Shown here: positions 38,156 to 48,070 of the stretch, one piece after another
Numbering within the stretch: position 1 is the stretch's first letter
Layout of the letters: each line of letters begins with the position of its first letter
Assembly (NCBI GenBank): GCA_045635565.1
Contig: JAZTVX010000044.1
Location: 8,261-72,260 of the forward strand
Length of the DNA: 64,000 nt
From: Alphaproteobacteria bacterium
GTDB lineage: Bacteria; Pseudomonadota; Alphaproteobacteria; CAAHEQ01; UBA3637
Direction: 5' to 3'
Made by a program: the position numbers and the translations under genes
Notes under the pieces: model-generated
The model's input: only the letters and a program-made list of their open reading frames with translations
The model's database searches: none
What the model was told of the DNA's origin: nothing

Positions 38156-39307
38156 ATGACTATATTACAAAATCCGATAAAATTACCACAATATGATAAC
38201 AGCATTCTATCTGTATCGGCTTCATTGGCACATCATTACGGGATAGATACACCACATAAAACACAGCCTGCTTTGGATAAAGAGTTGGCAAAAGGCTATA
38301 AAAACGTTATTTTATTTTTAAGTGATGGATTAGGGGTTAATGTTTTAAATCGTCATTTGCCAAGTGATTCTTTTTTACGTCAACATTATTGCGAGTCAAT
38401 ATCTTCTGTTTTTCCTCCGACAACGACGGCCGCCACAACAACTGTATTGAGTACAAAAACACCTTATGAACATGGTTGGTTGGGTTGGGCATGTTGGTTT
38501 GAACAATATCAACAATGTATTGAATTGTTTTTAGGAACAGATTTTTATACGGGTGAAAAAGTTTCGTCATTTGAATCGGCATTTAAACAAATGCCCTATG
38601 AGCCATTATGGGATAGAATATCGAAGCAATGTGGTGATGTACAGGGGCATGTTATTTATCCGGATAAAGTTGCTCATAACGGTATTAAAAGTTTGCGACA
38701 AATGACAACTCGTTTGTATGATATTACGCAACGAAGCGGTCGTCAATTTGTGTATGCGTATTGGATTGATCCGGATCACACGTCGCACAGACATGGTCCA
38801 TATAATGAGGTTGTTCGTCAAAAAGTCAGTGTTATCAATAAACGATTGAAAAAATTTGCTTCTCAAATGGAAGATACACTAATGATTGTGATTGCAGACC
38901 ATGGCCATATTGATATTCGGGAATATATTCTACTCAATGATTGTGGTCAAATGGTTGATTGTTTATCAAAACCGATTAGTCTGGAAGACAGATGTGTTTC
39001 ATGTTTTGTAAAGTCGGATAAAAAAGATATTTTTGAGCGGGAATTTCAACACTATTTATCGCAAGATTTTTTGTTAATAAGTCGTGAACAGGTGTTGGCA
39101 AGTCATTTGTTCGGCATAGGTTTGAAACATGATTTGATTGATGACATGATTGGTGATTATTTAATTATTGCTATGACAGATAAAGGATTGATACAACATA
39201 TACCAAATAGTAGAGATTTTCCCGTGTGCAAAGGGGCTCATGCCGGTTTAACAACTGATGAAATGACTGTTCCTTTGATTATGATACCGTCACACGATAA
39301 ACGCTAA
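38156..39307 (+). CDS. alkaline-phosphatase-superfamily phosphodiesterase/nucleotide pyrophosphatase family protein
   Basis: Metal and nucleophile motifs LSDGLG, VFPPTTTAATT (catalytic Thr region), DPDHTSHRHGP and ADHGH. Confidence 0.7.
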   Translation: MTILQNPIKLPQYDNSILSVSASLAHHYGIDTPHKTQPALDKELAKGYKNVILFLSDGLGVNVLNRHLPSDSFLRQHYCESISSVFPPTTTAATTTVLSTKTPYEHGWLGWACWFEQYQQCIELFLGTDFYTGEKVSSFESAFKQMPYEPLWDRISKQCGDVQGHVIYPDKVAHNGIKSLRQMTTRLYDITQRSGRQFVYAYWIDPDHTSHRHGPYNEVVRQKVSVINKRLKKFASQMEDTLMIVIADHGHIDIREYILLNDCGQMVDCLSKPISLEDRCVSCFVKSDKKDIFEREFQHYLSQDFLLISREQVLASHLFGIGLKHDLIDDMIGDYLIIAMTDKGLIQHIPNSRDFPVCKGAHAGLTTDEMTVPLIMIPSHDKR

Positions 39308-39386
39308 TGTGGATTGCTTTGTGAGGATGCAAAGTGTGTGAAGGATTTTATAGTTAGTATTCTGTTTTGTTTACGCTGATATTTTG

Positions 39387-39418
39387 AAAAAGCGTCTGTT
39401 GATAACAGACGCTTTTTT
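39387..39418. terminator. bidirectional rho-independent terminator
   Basis: AAAAAGCGTCTGTT-GAT-AACAGACGCTTTTTT, between convergent genes. Confidence 0.8.
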
Positions 39419-39432
39419 GTTAAAAAACGAAT

Positions 39433-40215
39433 TTATTTTTTGGGGTATATATACCCGTAAATCAATCCGACGAAAACGGCACCGCCAACAATATTGCCCA
39501 GCGTTGCCGGAATCAGGTTTTGACAAATAAATTGCAACCACGTAATGTCTGCTCCGTTATAAATAGCCGTAGGAATGAAAAACATGTTGGCAATGGAGTG
39601 TTCATATCCGATTGTCACGAAAATCATAACAGGAATCCAGATGCCGATAGCCTTACCGATAATATCTTTGGCAGCAAAACCCATCCATGTACCCAAGCAA
39701 ACCAACATATTGGCACCAATACCTTTCAAAAAGACGGTTCCCCAGTCATATTTTAATTTCCCATACGCTAATGCACTTAAATAATCAGCAAATGGTGTTG
39801 CTGTGACCACGCCTGTTTTATAGGCCAAGAAATAACTGACAAATTGGGCACCGATAAAGTTAAAAAAATAGGCTAAAATCCATACTTTGATAAGTGCTGA
39901 AACGGGCGTTTTTTTCTGCATTGTTGATAATGTCATACCGGCACAATCACTGGTAAATAAATCAGCACCGGCAACAGAAACCATGATAAGACCGACAGGA
40001 AATAATGCACCGGCGACAAATTTGACAAGACCGATATTTTCAAGGGCAGTTGTTGGCATGCCACCGGCGACAATAACGGTGAGCAAGCCACCCAAAGCAA
40101 TAAAAACACCCCCCATAATGGCGAGCAACATGAATTTAATGAATGGTGTTTTGGCTTTTTTTTCAGAAACATCACCAAAAATATCGGCAATTTCTGCCGG
40201 TGAATAATAAGACAT
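39433..40215 (-). CDS. focA: formate/nitrite transporter family protein (FocA-like)
   Basis: FNT signature GYEHSIANMFF, six hydrophobic segments, 260 aa, AAGGAG upstream. Confidence 0.85.
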   Translation of the reverse strand: MSYYSPAEIADIFGDVSEKKAKTPFIKFMLLAIMGGVFIALGGLLTVIVAGGMPTTALENIGLVKFVAGALFPVGLIMVSVAGADLFTSDCAGMTLSTMQKKTPVSALIKVWILAYFFNFIGAQFVSYFLAYKTGVVTATPFADYLSALAYGKLKYDWGTVFLKGIGANMLVCLGTWMGFAAKDIIGKAIGIWIPVMIFVTIGYEHSIANMFFIPTAIYNGADITWLQFICQNLIPATLGNIVGGAVFVGLIYGYIYPKK

Positions 40216-40318
40216 TAATTTTACTCCTTGATTAACATGTTTAATAAAGTATGGTTCTCATACACTTTTTTGAAACAAAAATCAAGTTTTTTGTATTTGA
40301 AAATATTTTAAAATAACA

Positions 40319-40347
40319 TTGACAAAATTTTTGTTTTCGCATATTAT
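40319..40347 (+). promoter_or_regulatory. promoter of paralog 1
   Basis: TTGACA (40319-40324), 17-nt spacer, TATTAT (40342-40347). The 23 nt ATTTTAAAATAACATTGACAAAA are identical to 42241-42263. Confidence 0.65.
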
Positions 40348-40384
40348 AAAAAGATAAGAAGATATCAGATAAAGGAGTCTAGTG

Positions 40385-42163
40385 ATGAATACAGTACCCT
40401 CCCCCGAAAATCCGAATGCACTGTTTAATGAATTGATAGAAAATCAATTAATTGGATTAACTTCTGAATTGGAAACGCAAGCCAATGATGGACGCATGCC
40501 TATTGGTACGATTGTTGGTGGTTTATTGGGTTCTTTTTTGCCTTTGACATCTTCGGGTGTTCGCAGTGGTTTGCGTGCTGCTATTCGGGAAAGTGATGAT
40601 GCGTTTAATAATGCTATTCGGGCTTATTTAAAAGAGACCGGTTTAGATGACTTGGGTTTTCGTTTGGAAGATCAAGCTACTCCCGAAGAACGATTGAGAG
40701 TCAAAAAAGCAATGCTATCAGAGTTCAATAAGATAGAAGCAGAGTTAGAAGATCCAAATGCGATGGCAAATTATCGGAAAGACCCTTATTGTAACGAATG
40801 TAAGCGTTTCTTGTCATTTATTGATGAAACAGGTCAAGTTCGGATGGATGAATTTTGCAATTATCGTTTTGACTATGAAATGCAATTTCAAACACAACAC
40901 TTAAAGGCTGTTTACGGAAAAGATTTTCCGGATCATTTAGTGGTAAAAAGAATTCCATTAAATCCCCAGCAGCGACAAACATTATCCGATGGTATTCAGG
41001 ATTTTTGTGTTGATTGCCACACTGTTGGAAATAGAAGTGTGTTGACTGAAGACTTTTTAAAAGACATGCGTGAATTAAATATGTATTGCAAAAATCATAT
41101 AGAAAGGGGTACAGCACAAAATTATGATTTTGATGCATTGTTTAATGGATTGGATGATGAATTTGGTAGGCCTTCTCGCCCACAAAACCTTATTAAGTTA
41201 AACACAACAGATGGAATTGCTGGGAGACGTGCATTAGTGCGAGATATTCACAGTGTATCTGGTATAGATGAGGATAGATTTCCCGGAAAGCCGGTTGAAT
41301 TGGAGGCACTCAATGAATTAGATGCGTATTTGACTCAATCGGTCGATTCAAATGGCGATATTATTAGAACAACTTCTTTTTCTGATCGTATAAATCGTAT
41401 GACAGGAATGAAATCTCCCAAGTTTAAACCTTCTACTAAAGCAGGACGTCAGAATTTACCTCGGCAAACCCCTAAAGCTGGTTCTTATGGTAAAGTTGCT
41501 GTAGGTGGGTTTTTTGGTGCAGTTATTGGTGGGGGTGTGGATTATGCCTTATCGCCGAATCAGAATTTTACACCGGACATGATTTCAGCAACACAGATAG
41601 ATGGGTTAAATATTGGATTTGAAAGCAAAATGCTTGATGGTATGAGGGAATATTGTTCTCCAAATGCCGGTCCGGAGGCGATGCGGAAATTAGGACAGCA
41701 AGTTCTGGGTAACTATGTCTCGGAAGATGAGGTGTTGGGACAAGTGTTAACTTGGATGGAGGATAATCCTGATAAGACATTTTCAGATTATGTGAAAAGT
41801 GGTCAGGCTCCGAAAGAAATGGCAGAGGCTTTAACGAAAATGACAACGTCACTGCAAAGAATTATGTCACAGAGTGATGCTGATACTTTTTTTCAGGAAT
41901 ATGGAATTGATTTTTCTGGTAAAACATGGACAAAGGCTAAATTGGCGGAAGATGTTGCTTCGAAGATGTTAGATGCCGCTTTTTACAACATGCTTAAAAA
42001 TATTGTTAACCAACACGAAGCATATGAAAGGGCAAATGAAACAGAAAGCAAATCCGGAAGTGATGAAGGTTTTTTTATCGTGTCACCGTATGGTGAAAGA
42101 TATGTTGAACAGGAAGATATCACTCCCTCTTTGTTAAGAGATAATCATACAAAAATAGTATAG
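40385..42163 (+). CDS. hypothetical protein, paralog 1 of a tandem pair (glycine-zipper segments, two CxxC motifs)
   Basis: AAAGGAG lies 7 nt before ATG 40385. It shares N-terminal (LPIGT..GG.LG...P..SS.VR.GL), central (G.VA.GG..GA..GG..DYA......TPDM) and C-terminal (FF..SPYGERYVEQED..PSL) blocks with the next gene. Confidence 0.7.
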   Translation: MNTVPSPENPNALFNELIENQLIGLTSELETQANDGRMPIGTIVGGLLGSFLPLTSSGVRSGLRAAIRESDDAFNNAIRAYLKETGLDDLGFRLEDQATPEERLRVKKAMLSEFNKIEAELEDPNAMANYRKDPYCNECKRFLSFIDETGQVRMDEFCNYRFDYEMQFQTQHLKAVYGKDFPDHLVVKRIPLNPQQRQTLSDGIQDFCVDCHTVGNRSVLTEDFLKDMRELNMYCKNHIERGTAQNYDFDALFNGLDDEFGRPSRPQNLIKLNTTDGIAGRRALVRDIHSVSGIDEDRFPGKPVELEALNELDAYLTQSVDSNGDIIRTTSFSDRINRMTGMKSPKFKPSTKAGRQNLPRQTPKAGSYGKVAVGGFFGAVIGGGVDYALSPNQNFTPDMISATQIDGLNIGFESKMLDGMREYCSPNAGPEAMRKLGQQVLGNYVSEDEVLGQVLTWMEDNPDKTFSDYVKSGQAPKEMAEALTKMTTSLQRIMSQSDADTFFQEYGIDFSGKTWTKAKLAEDVASKMLDAAFYNMLKNIVNQHEAYERANETESKSGSDEGFFIVSPYGERYVEQEDITPSLLRDNHTKIV

Positions 42164-42180
42164 ATTTTGATGTTAATACC

Positions 42181-42214
42181 AAAGGCAAGAAGAGGTTTTT
42201 CTTCTTGCCTTTTG
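42181..42214 (+). terminator. rho-independent terminator of paralog 1
   Basis: AAAGGCAAGAAGA-GGTTTTT-CTTCTTGCCTTTT. Confidence 0.8.
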
Positions 42215-42254
42215 CATGGAAATAGTCTTTATTGAGTTAAATTTTAAAATAACA

Positions 42255-42283
42255 TTGACAAAAAATTATTTCGCTTATATCAT
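42255..42283 (+). promoter_or_regulatory. promoter of paralog 2
   Basis: TTGACA (42255-42260), 17-nt spacer, TATCAT (42278-42283). Confidence 0.65.
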
Positions 42284-42320
42284 AAAAGGATAAGAAGGTA
42301 TAAGATAAAGGAGTTGAGCC

Positions 42321-44057
42321 ATGACAACAGATAAAAAACGCCCCCCGAATGCGAATACGCAATATAATGATTATTTGAGTGCAACTCCGGTCATTGCTAC
42401 ACATGTTCAAACAGAAACGCAACAGGGAAATCTGCCGATTGGCACAGTGTTAGGTGGTGTGTTGGGTTTTTTAATTCCCATGGGGTCATCAAGTGTTCGT
42501 GAAGGTTTGATATCTAAAATTAGGGGTACACCTGCTGAATTTGATGAGGGTATTCGTGCTTTTCTCAAACAGACAGGATTAAATGATTTGGAATTTGGCT
42601 GGGATACGAATGCTACGCCGACAGAACGATTGAGAATTAAGGCAAATATTCAACGAGCTGTATCTGAAAACATTATTGATGTTAATACAAAACAAGGGCA
42701 GGAATTAGTTTATTTTGCATCATATATCAATAACGATGGAACGGTCAAATCATCGTTTAGTGATGATTTTTTTAATCGTGAGTTGCGGACTTATACACAA
42801 GCCTTACAGGATGAATTTCCTAACTTTCCCAAAGAATTGGTTGTTACAACAGATTTGACAAAGGAGCAACGGGCAGCATATCAAAAGAAATTGTCGGCAT
42901 TTATGTGGGAAATGCGTCAAAATGATGATCTGTATTTGAGTGACTTGTTTGAACGTTCTTCTCGTTTAGAATTTTATTGCAAACAACATTTGTCATGGGA
43001 TGGTTCTACACATCATTTACATTTTGACAGAGTGTTTAATGAAGCAGACAAAGGCATTCATTCGTCACGGTTATCCGGCATGCATTTAGCAGATGCAATG
43101 CCTCATCAAACCCGTCAGGGATTGTCCCATCATTTGGAAACACATCGTTATAACCGATTGGGTGCTGTTTCCGAACATATTACATTTGAACAGGAAATGC
43201 ACTTGCGGGAATTACAGGTATATTTAGAACAACATGTAGAACCCCGTACCGGTCAACTGCGTAATGTAACGTCTTTATCAGATGATTTGATGCACAAAGC
43301 AACATCTTGGAAAAAAAACGTGTTAACTAACAGGGGAACTTCCGACGTCGGACGTAAAACATTGGTGCAACCGACTCGTAAAGTAGGGGCTGTGGCTAAA
43401 GTCGCCGGTGGTACGGTGTTGGGGGCTCTTGCCGGTGGTGTTATAGATTATGCAATGGCTGCTGAACAAGATTATACACCTGATATGGTTGCCGATACCT
43501 CTATTCAGTTAGAAAGCGGAATGGGCAGTGTTTTACTTGATAATATGCGAGAATATCATGCTTTAGGAGAAGCCGGTCCACAACAAATGCAATTGTTGGC
43601 ACAGGTTGTTTTAAGTAATGGATATGTCACGGAAGATGAAGTATTGGGTCGTGCATTAACATATTTACGGACACACCCGGATGCGACGTTTGCCGATTAT
43701 GCAAAAAGTGATGACGCTTATCCGGAAGCCAAAAAGGCATATGAAACGATATATGTTGCATTACGTTCCGTTTTTGAAAGGCAAGATGCACAAGAATTGT
43801 TTCAAGAATTTGGTTTAGATACAAGCAATACTGATATGGTTGATGTTGTTGCATCAAATATGTTGAACGGATCATTTTATCATTTGCTTCGAAGTGTTGT
43901 TGAACAACAACAAGAATATGAAAGAGCAAATGAAGCAGAAAGAAAATCCAGAAGTGATGATGACTTTTTTGTCATGTCACCATATGGTGAAAGATATGTT
44001 GAACAGGAAGATGCTGATCCGTCTTTGGTAAAAGATGGGCGTGTAAAAACAGTATAA
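42321..44057 (+). CDS. hypothetical protein, paralog 2 of the tandem pair
   Basis: AAGGAG lies 7 nt before the ATG. Same block structure as 40385-42163, with a strongly diverged central region. Confidence 0.7.
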   Translation: MTTDKKRPPNANTQYNDYLSATPVIATHVQTETQQGNLPIGTVLGGVLGFLIPMGSSSVREGLISKIRGTPAEFDEGIRAFLKQTGLNDLEFGWDTNATPTERLRIKANIQRAVSENIIDVNTKQGQELVYFASYINNDGTVKSSFSDDFFNRELRTYTQALQDEFPNFPKELVVTTDLTKEQRAAYQKKLSAFMWEMRQNDDLYLSDLFERSSRLEFYCKQHLSWDGSTHHLHFDRVFNEADKGIHSSRLSGMHLADAMPHQTRQGLSHHLETHRYNRLGAVSEHITFEQEMHLRELQVYLEQHVEPRTGQLRNVTSLSDDLMHKATSWKKNVLTNRGTSDVGRKTLVQPTRKVGAVAKVAGGTVLGALAGGVIDYAMAAEQDYTPDMVADTSIQLESGMGSVLLDNMREYHALGEAGPQQMQLLAQVVLSNGYVTEDEVLGRALTYLRTHPDATFADYAKSDDAYPEAKKAYETIYVALRSVFERQDAQELFQEFGLDTSNTDMVDVVASNMLNGSFYHLLRSVVEQQQEYERANEAERKSRSDDDFFVMSPYGERYVEQEDADPSLVKDGRVKTV

Positions 44058-44105
44058 TCTTTTGAAAAAGGGATTTGTTGTTGAACCTATGGTTTCTTCA
44101 GTTCT

Positions 44106-44142
44106 GAAAAAGCAGAAAGAATTTATCTTTCTGCTTTTTTTT
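44106..44142. terminator. bidirectional rho-independent terminator (paralog 2 / lon)
   Basis: AAAAAGCAGAAAGA-ATTTAT-CTTTCTGCTTTTTTTT. Confidence 0.8.
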
Positions 44143-44207
44143 AGCCATCATGAAAATGCCCTCTATGTGTACAGAGGGCAACATGTTGTTACAAAAATGA
44201 TTGTTTG

Positions 44208-46562
44208 TTACTCTTTTGTATCAGTATCTTTTTTGAGTGGTTTTAATGGCTTTGTTAAAGCCATTTTGAGCACTTCTTCTGCTTTGGTCACAGGAATGAT
44301 TTCTAAATCATTTTTAACATTATCCGGAATTTCTTCCAAATCTTTTTTATTTTCTTCCGGAATTAGAACAGTTTTGATACCGGCTCGTAATGCAGCCAAT
44401 AATTTTTCCTTTAAACCACCAATCGGTAATACATGCCCTCGTAACGTTATTTCACCTGTCATAGCAATATCTTTGCGAACAGGAATACCGGTGTAAGCAG
44501 AAACCAATGATGTCATCATGGCAATACCGGCAGATGGTCCGTCTTTGGGTGTTGCACCTTCCGGTACATGAACATGAACATCATTTTTTTCAAATACCTT
44601 ATCCGATATGCCAAATCGTGTTGCATTGGCACGGATAAATGAACGTGCTGCTTCAACAGATTCTTTCATGACGTCACCTAATTGACCGGTTAATTGTATT
44701 GCACCCTTTCCTGACATTGTGACGGCTTCAATCGATAAAATCTCGCCCCCAACTTCTGTCCAAGCCAAACCTGTTGTCGTACCGATTTGATCTTCTTTTT
44801 CGGCAACACCAAAGGAGTGTTTAGGAACACCGGCATATTTTTTCAGATTCTCCGGTGTGACCGTAATGGATGTAATATTTTCCAGTTGTATTTCTTTGAG
44901 TGCTTTTCGAGCAATGTTAGCAATTTCACGTTCTAAATTACGAACACCGGCTTCACGGGTGTAATTTCGAATAAGGCAAATCAATGTTTCGTCAGTGATT
45001 GTCAATTCATCCGATTTTAAACCTGTCATCTTAAATTGTTTGCCGATTAAGTGTTGTTTGGCAATTTGAACTTTTTCGTCTTCCGTGTAACCCGATAATT
45101 GAATGATTTCCATTCTGTCAAGCAATGGACGAGGCATTTTTAATGTATTTGCCGTCGTAATAAACATAACATTTGATAAATCATAATCAACTTCCAAATA
45201 ATTATCATTGAAGGTTGTATTTTGTTCCGGATCTAATACTTCCAACAATGCCGATGACGGATCACCCCGATAATCATTTCCCAGTTTATCGATTTCATCA
45301 AGTAAAAACAAGGGATTAACCGCTTTTGCTTTTTTCATGCCTTGAATAATTTTACCAGGCATGGAACCGATATATGTCCGTCTATGTCCACGGATTTCAG
45401 ATTCATCATGCATTCCACCCAATGAGGCTCTTACAAACTGACGACCGGTTGCACGAGCGATTGATTGACCAAGAGATGTTTTACCCACCCCCGGAGGTCC
45501 GACTAAACACAAAATAGAACCTTTTAAACAATTTGTTCGTTTTTGTACGGCTAAAAATTCCAAGATACGTTCTTTGACTTTTTCTAAACCATAATGGTCT
45601 TCGTCTAAAATCTGTTTAGCCTTTATCAAGTCCGTTTGTAAAATAGATTTTTTTCTCCATGGAATATTAGTCAACCAATCCAAATAGTTGCGAATAACAC
45701 CTGATTCAGCAGACATATGTCCCATCATTTGTAATTTGCGTAGTTCACTTAAAGCCTTTTCTTTGACATCTTTGGGCATGCCGGCTTTTTTGATTTTTGA
45801 TTCAAGTGTTTTGATTTCACCGCCATCTTCTGTGTCGCCCAATTCTTTTTGAATGGCTTTCATTTGCTCATTTAAATAATATTCTCGTTGACTTTTCTCC
45901 ATCTGGCGTTTAACACGTTTGCGAATTTTACGTTCAACTTGTAAGACGCCGATTTCTTTTTCCATAGATGTGTAAAGTTTTTCCAATCGTTGCTGTATGG
46001 ATGATGTTTCCAGTAATTTTTGCTTTTCGTCTAATTTGAGCAACAAATGTGTGGCAATGACATCTGTAAATTTTTCGGGACTGCTGATTTGACTGACGGC
46101 AACCAGTACTTCCGGTCCGATACGTTTGTTTAATCGAACGTAATTTTCAAATTGATCCCGTACGGAACGCATTAAGGCTTCCGTTTCGGCTTCATCGCCT
46201 TTTTCATCTTTTAAAATTTCAATGTGTGCTTCGAAAAAAGAATTGTTTTGTACCCATTCGATAACTTTTGCACGAGCAATCCCTTCAACCAAAATTTTAA
46301 CGGTTCCGTCCGGCAATTTTAACAATTGCAAAATATTGGCAATTGTCCCTGTTTTATATAAATCACCTGTGTAAGGTGTATCAATCAATGCATCGGATTG
46401 TGCTGTCAGCAAAATTTGTTTGTTATTGGACATGGCATTTTCCAATGCGGCAACTGACTTATCCCTCCCGACAAATAAAGGAACGACTACATGGGGAAAA
46501 ACAATAATGTCACGTAATGGTAAAACCGGATAAACGCCGTCAATAACTTCAAAATCGCTCAT
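44208..46562 (-). CDS. lon: ATP-dependent Lon protease (LonA)
   Basis: LON N-domain, AAA+ Walker A GPPGVGKTS, and the protease Ser motif PKDGPSAGIAM. 784 aa. Confidence 0.97.
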   Translation of the reverse strand: MSDFEVIDGVYPVLPLRDIIVFPHVVVPLFVGRDKSVAALENAMSNNKQILLTAQSDALIDTPYTGDLYKTGTIANILQLLKLPDGTVKILVEGIARAKVIEWVQNNSFFEAHIEILKDEKGDEAETEALMRSVRDQFENYVRLNKRIGPEVLVAVSQISSPEKFTDVIATHLLLKLDEKQKLLETSSIQQRLEKLYTSMEKEIGVLQVERKIRKRVKRQMEKSQREYYLNEQMKAIQKELGDTEDGGEIKTLESKIKKAGMPKDVKEKALSELRKLQMMGHMSAESGVIRNYLDWLTNIPWRKKSILQTDLIKAKQILDEDHYGLEKVKERILEFLAVQKRTNCLKGSILCLVGPPGVGKTSLGQSIARATGRQFVRASLGGMHDESEIRGHRRTYIGSMPGKIIQGMKKAKAVNPLFLLDEIDKLGNDYRGDPSSALLEVLDPEQNTTFNDNYLEVDYDLSNVMFITTANTLKMPRPLLDRMEIIQLSGYTEDEKVQIAKQHLIGKQFKMTGLKSDELTITDETLICLIRNYTREAGVRNLEREIANIARKALKEIQLENITSITVTPENLKKYAGVPKHSFGVAEKEDQIGTTTGLAWTEVGGEILSIEAVTMSGKGAIQLTGQLGDVMKESVEAARSFIRANATRFGISDKVFEKNDVHVHVPEGATPKDGPSAGIAMMTSLVSAYTGIPVRKDIAMTGEITLRGHVLPIGGLKEKLLAALRAGIKTVLIPEENKKDLEEIPDNVKNDLEIIPVTKAEEVLKMALTKPLKPLKKDTDTKE

Positions 46563-46699
46563 ACATTTTCCTCTTAATTTTAAAATTTCAAATAATGATA
46601 TATATGTATGTGTTTATTTTACAAAAGTAAAGAGGAAACACAACATTTTTTTTATTTATACCTAAAAAATATTCAACCCGAAAAAATCAGCGACCTTTT

Positions 46700-48031
46700 T
46701 TATTTTTCGTTATAGATAAAAGTCGGTTCTTTTTTGTCTGTAATGGTTTCTCTATCGATAATAACTTCTTTTAAATTATCCATATTCGGTAATTGATACA
46801 TCAAATCCATTAAGACATTTTCCATGATAGAACGTAAACCTCGAGCACCTGTTTTTCGTTCGATGGCTTTTTGGGCAATGGCTTGACAGGCTTCGTCAGT
46901 CAAGGTTAATTGAACGTTATCCATTTTACACAATGCTTGATATTGCTTAACAAGTGCATTCTTGGGTTCTTTTAAAATACGAACAAGAGCCTCTTTATCC
47001 AATTCTTCCAAACTGACAATGACCGGTAATCGACCGATAAATTCCGGTATTAAACCATATTTCAATAAATCTGTTGGTTCCAGTTTTTCCAATAATTCAG
47101 TAATGTTCCTTTCTTCTCCCGAAGATGTGTTTGAACCAAAACCAATGGAATATTCGGCTTCCCGTCGTTCAATGACTTTTTCTAATCCTGCAAAAGCTCC
47201 GCCACAAATAAACAAAATATTTTGTGTATTGACTTTAATATATTCCTGATTGGGATGTTTGCGTCCACCTTGTGGTGGTAATGAGGCAACTGTTCCTTCA
47301 ATCAATTTTAACAGGGCTTGTTGAACACCTTCTCCCGATACATCTCTGGTAATGGATGGACCATCTGATTTGCGTGAAATTTTATCAATTTCATCGATAT
47401 AAATAATCCCTTTTTCAGCCCGTTTTACATCGTAATTGGCATTTTGAAGCAGTTTTAAAACAACATTTTCGACATCTTCCCCAACATAACCTGCTTCAGT
47501 CAACGTCGTGGCATCGGCAATGGCAAACGGAACATCCAGTGTTTTGGCTAATGTCTTTGCTAACAACGTTTTTCCACTGCCGGTTGGTCCCAATAACAAA
47601 ACATTTGATTTTTCAATTTCAACATCATTTGTTCCATTGCCGGAAAGTAATCGTTTGTAATGGTTATAAACTGATACCGATAAAATCTTTTTGGCTTGAT
47701 TTTGCCCGATAACATATTCATCTAGAATTTTATGTAATTCTTGAGGCTTTTTTAAATTTTGAAGTGATAATTCTGTTTCAATTACTTGTTCCGGTGTTTG
47801 TTCAACCTGTTCGGCAAACGTATTTTTTGAACCGGTTGTTTTTGTTCCATCACCTTTTATCATGCCTTTGCATAAATCGATACATTCATCACAAATAAAA
47901 ACCATTTGACTTTTACCCGATGGTCCTTTAATTGGTTTGCCGGAAATCAAACTGCGAACTTCATTTTGACTTTTGTTACAAAATGAACATCTTAAATTAG
48001 TATTTGTTGTGTTTGTATCATCTTTTATCAT
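46700..48031 (-). CDS. clpX: ATP-dependent Clp protease ATP-binding subunit ClpX
   Basis: N-terminal zinc module CSFC...CDEC (with a short insertion), Walker A GPTGSGKT, and the IGF-loop region. Confidence 0.97.
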   Translation of the reverse strand: MIKDDTNTTNTNLRCSFCNKSQNEVRSLISGKPIKGPSGKSQMVFICDECIDLCKGMIKGDGTKTTGSKNTFAEQVEQTPEQVIETELSLQNLKKPQELHKILDEYVIGQNQAKKILSVSVYNHYKRLLSGNGTNDVEIEKSNVLLLGPTGSGKTLLAKTLAKTLDVPFAIADATTLTEAGYVGEDVENVVLKLLQNANYDVKRAEKGIIYIDEIDKISRKSDGPSITRDVSGEGVQQALLKLIEGTVASLPPQGGRKHPNQEYIKVNTQNILFICGGAFAGLEKVIERREAEYSIGFGSNTSSGEERNITELLEKLEPTDLLKYGLIPEFIGRLPVIVSLEELDKEALVRILKEPKNALVKQYQALCKMDNVQLTLTDEACQAIAQKAIERKTGARGLRSIMENVLMDLMYQLPNMDNLKEVIIDRETITDKKEPTFIYNEK

Positions 48032-48070
48032 TTGTTTCCCTTGCTTGTATCATCAGCGTTGAATGAATGT

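Noticed and set aside
40270-40285. Possible FNR/CRP-family box upstream of focA (TTGAA-ACAAAA-ATCAA)
   Set aside because: The half-sites are 6 nt apart, that is TTGA-N8-TCAA, not the canonical FNR TTGAT-N4-ATCAA. No comparable site was seen upstream of pflB or pflA, so there is no support for a shared regulator.
44062-44496. 144-aa plus-strand ORF
   Set aside because: It starts in the terminator region and runs antisense through the conserved Lon protease domain. Its composition is typical of an antisense frame.
38156-46562. BREX-like reading (alkaline-phosphatase-fold PglZ-type protein plus Lon-like protease)
   Set aside because: The AP-fold protein is only 383 aa and lacks PglZ-size architecture. 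The Lon gene is the canonical housekeeping LonA in the tig-clpP-clpX-lon block. No methyltransferase or BrxA/B/C-type genes are present.
46563-46699. Heat-shock (sigma32-type) promoter upstream of lon
   Set aside because: I found only a weak TTGAAT element and no CCCCAT- or CYTAT-like -10 at suitable spacing, so I cannot support the call from sequence.
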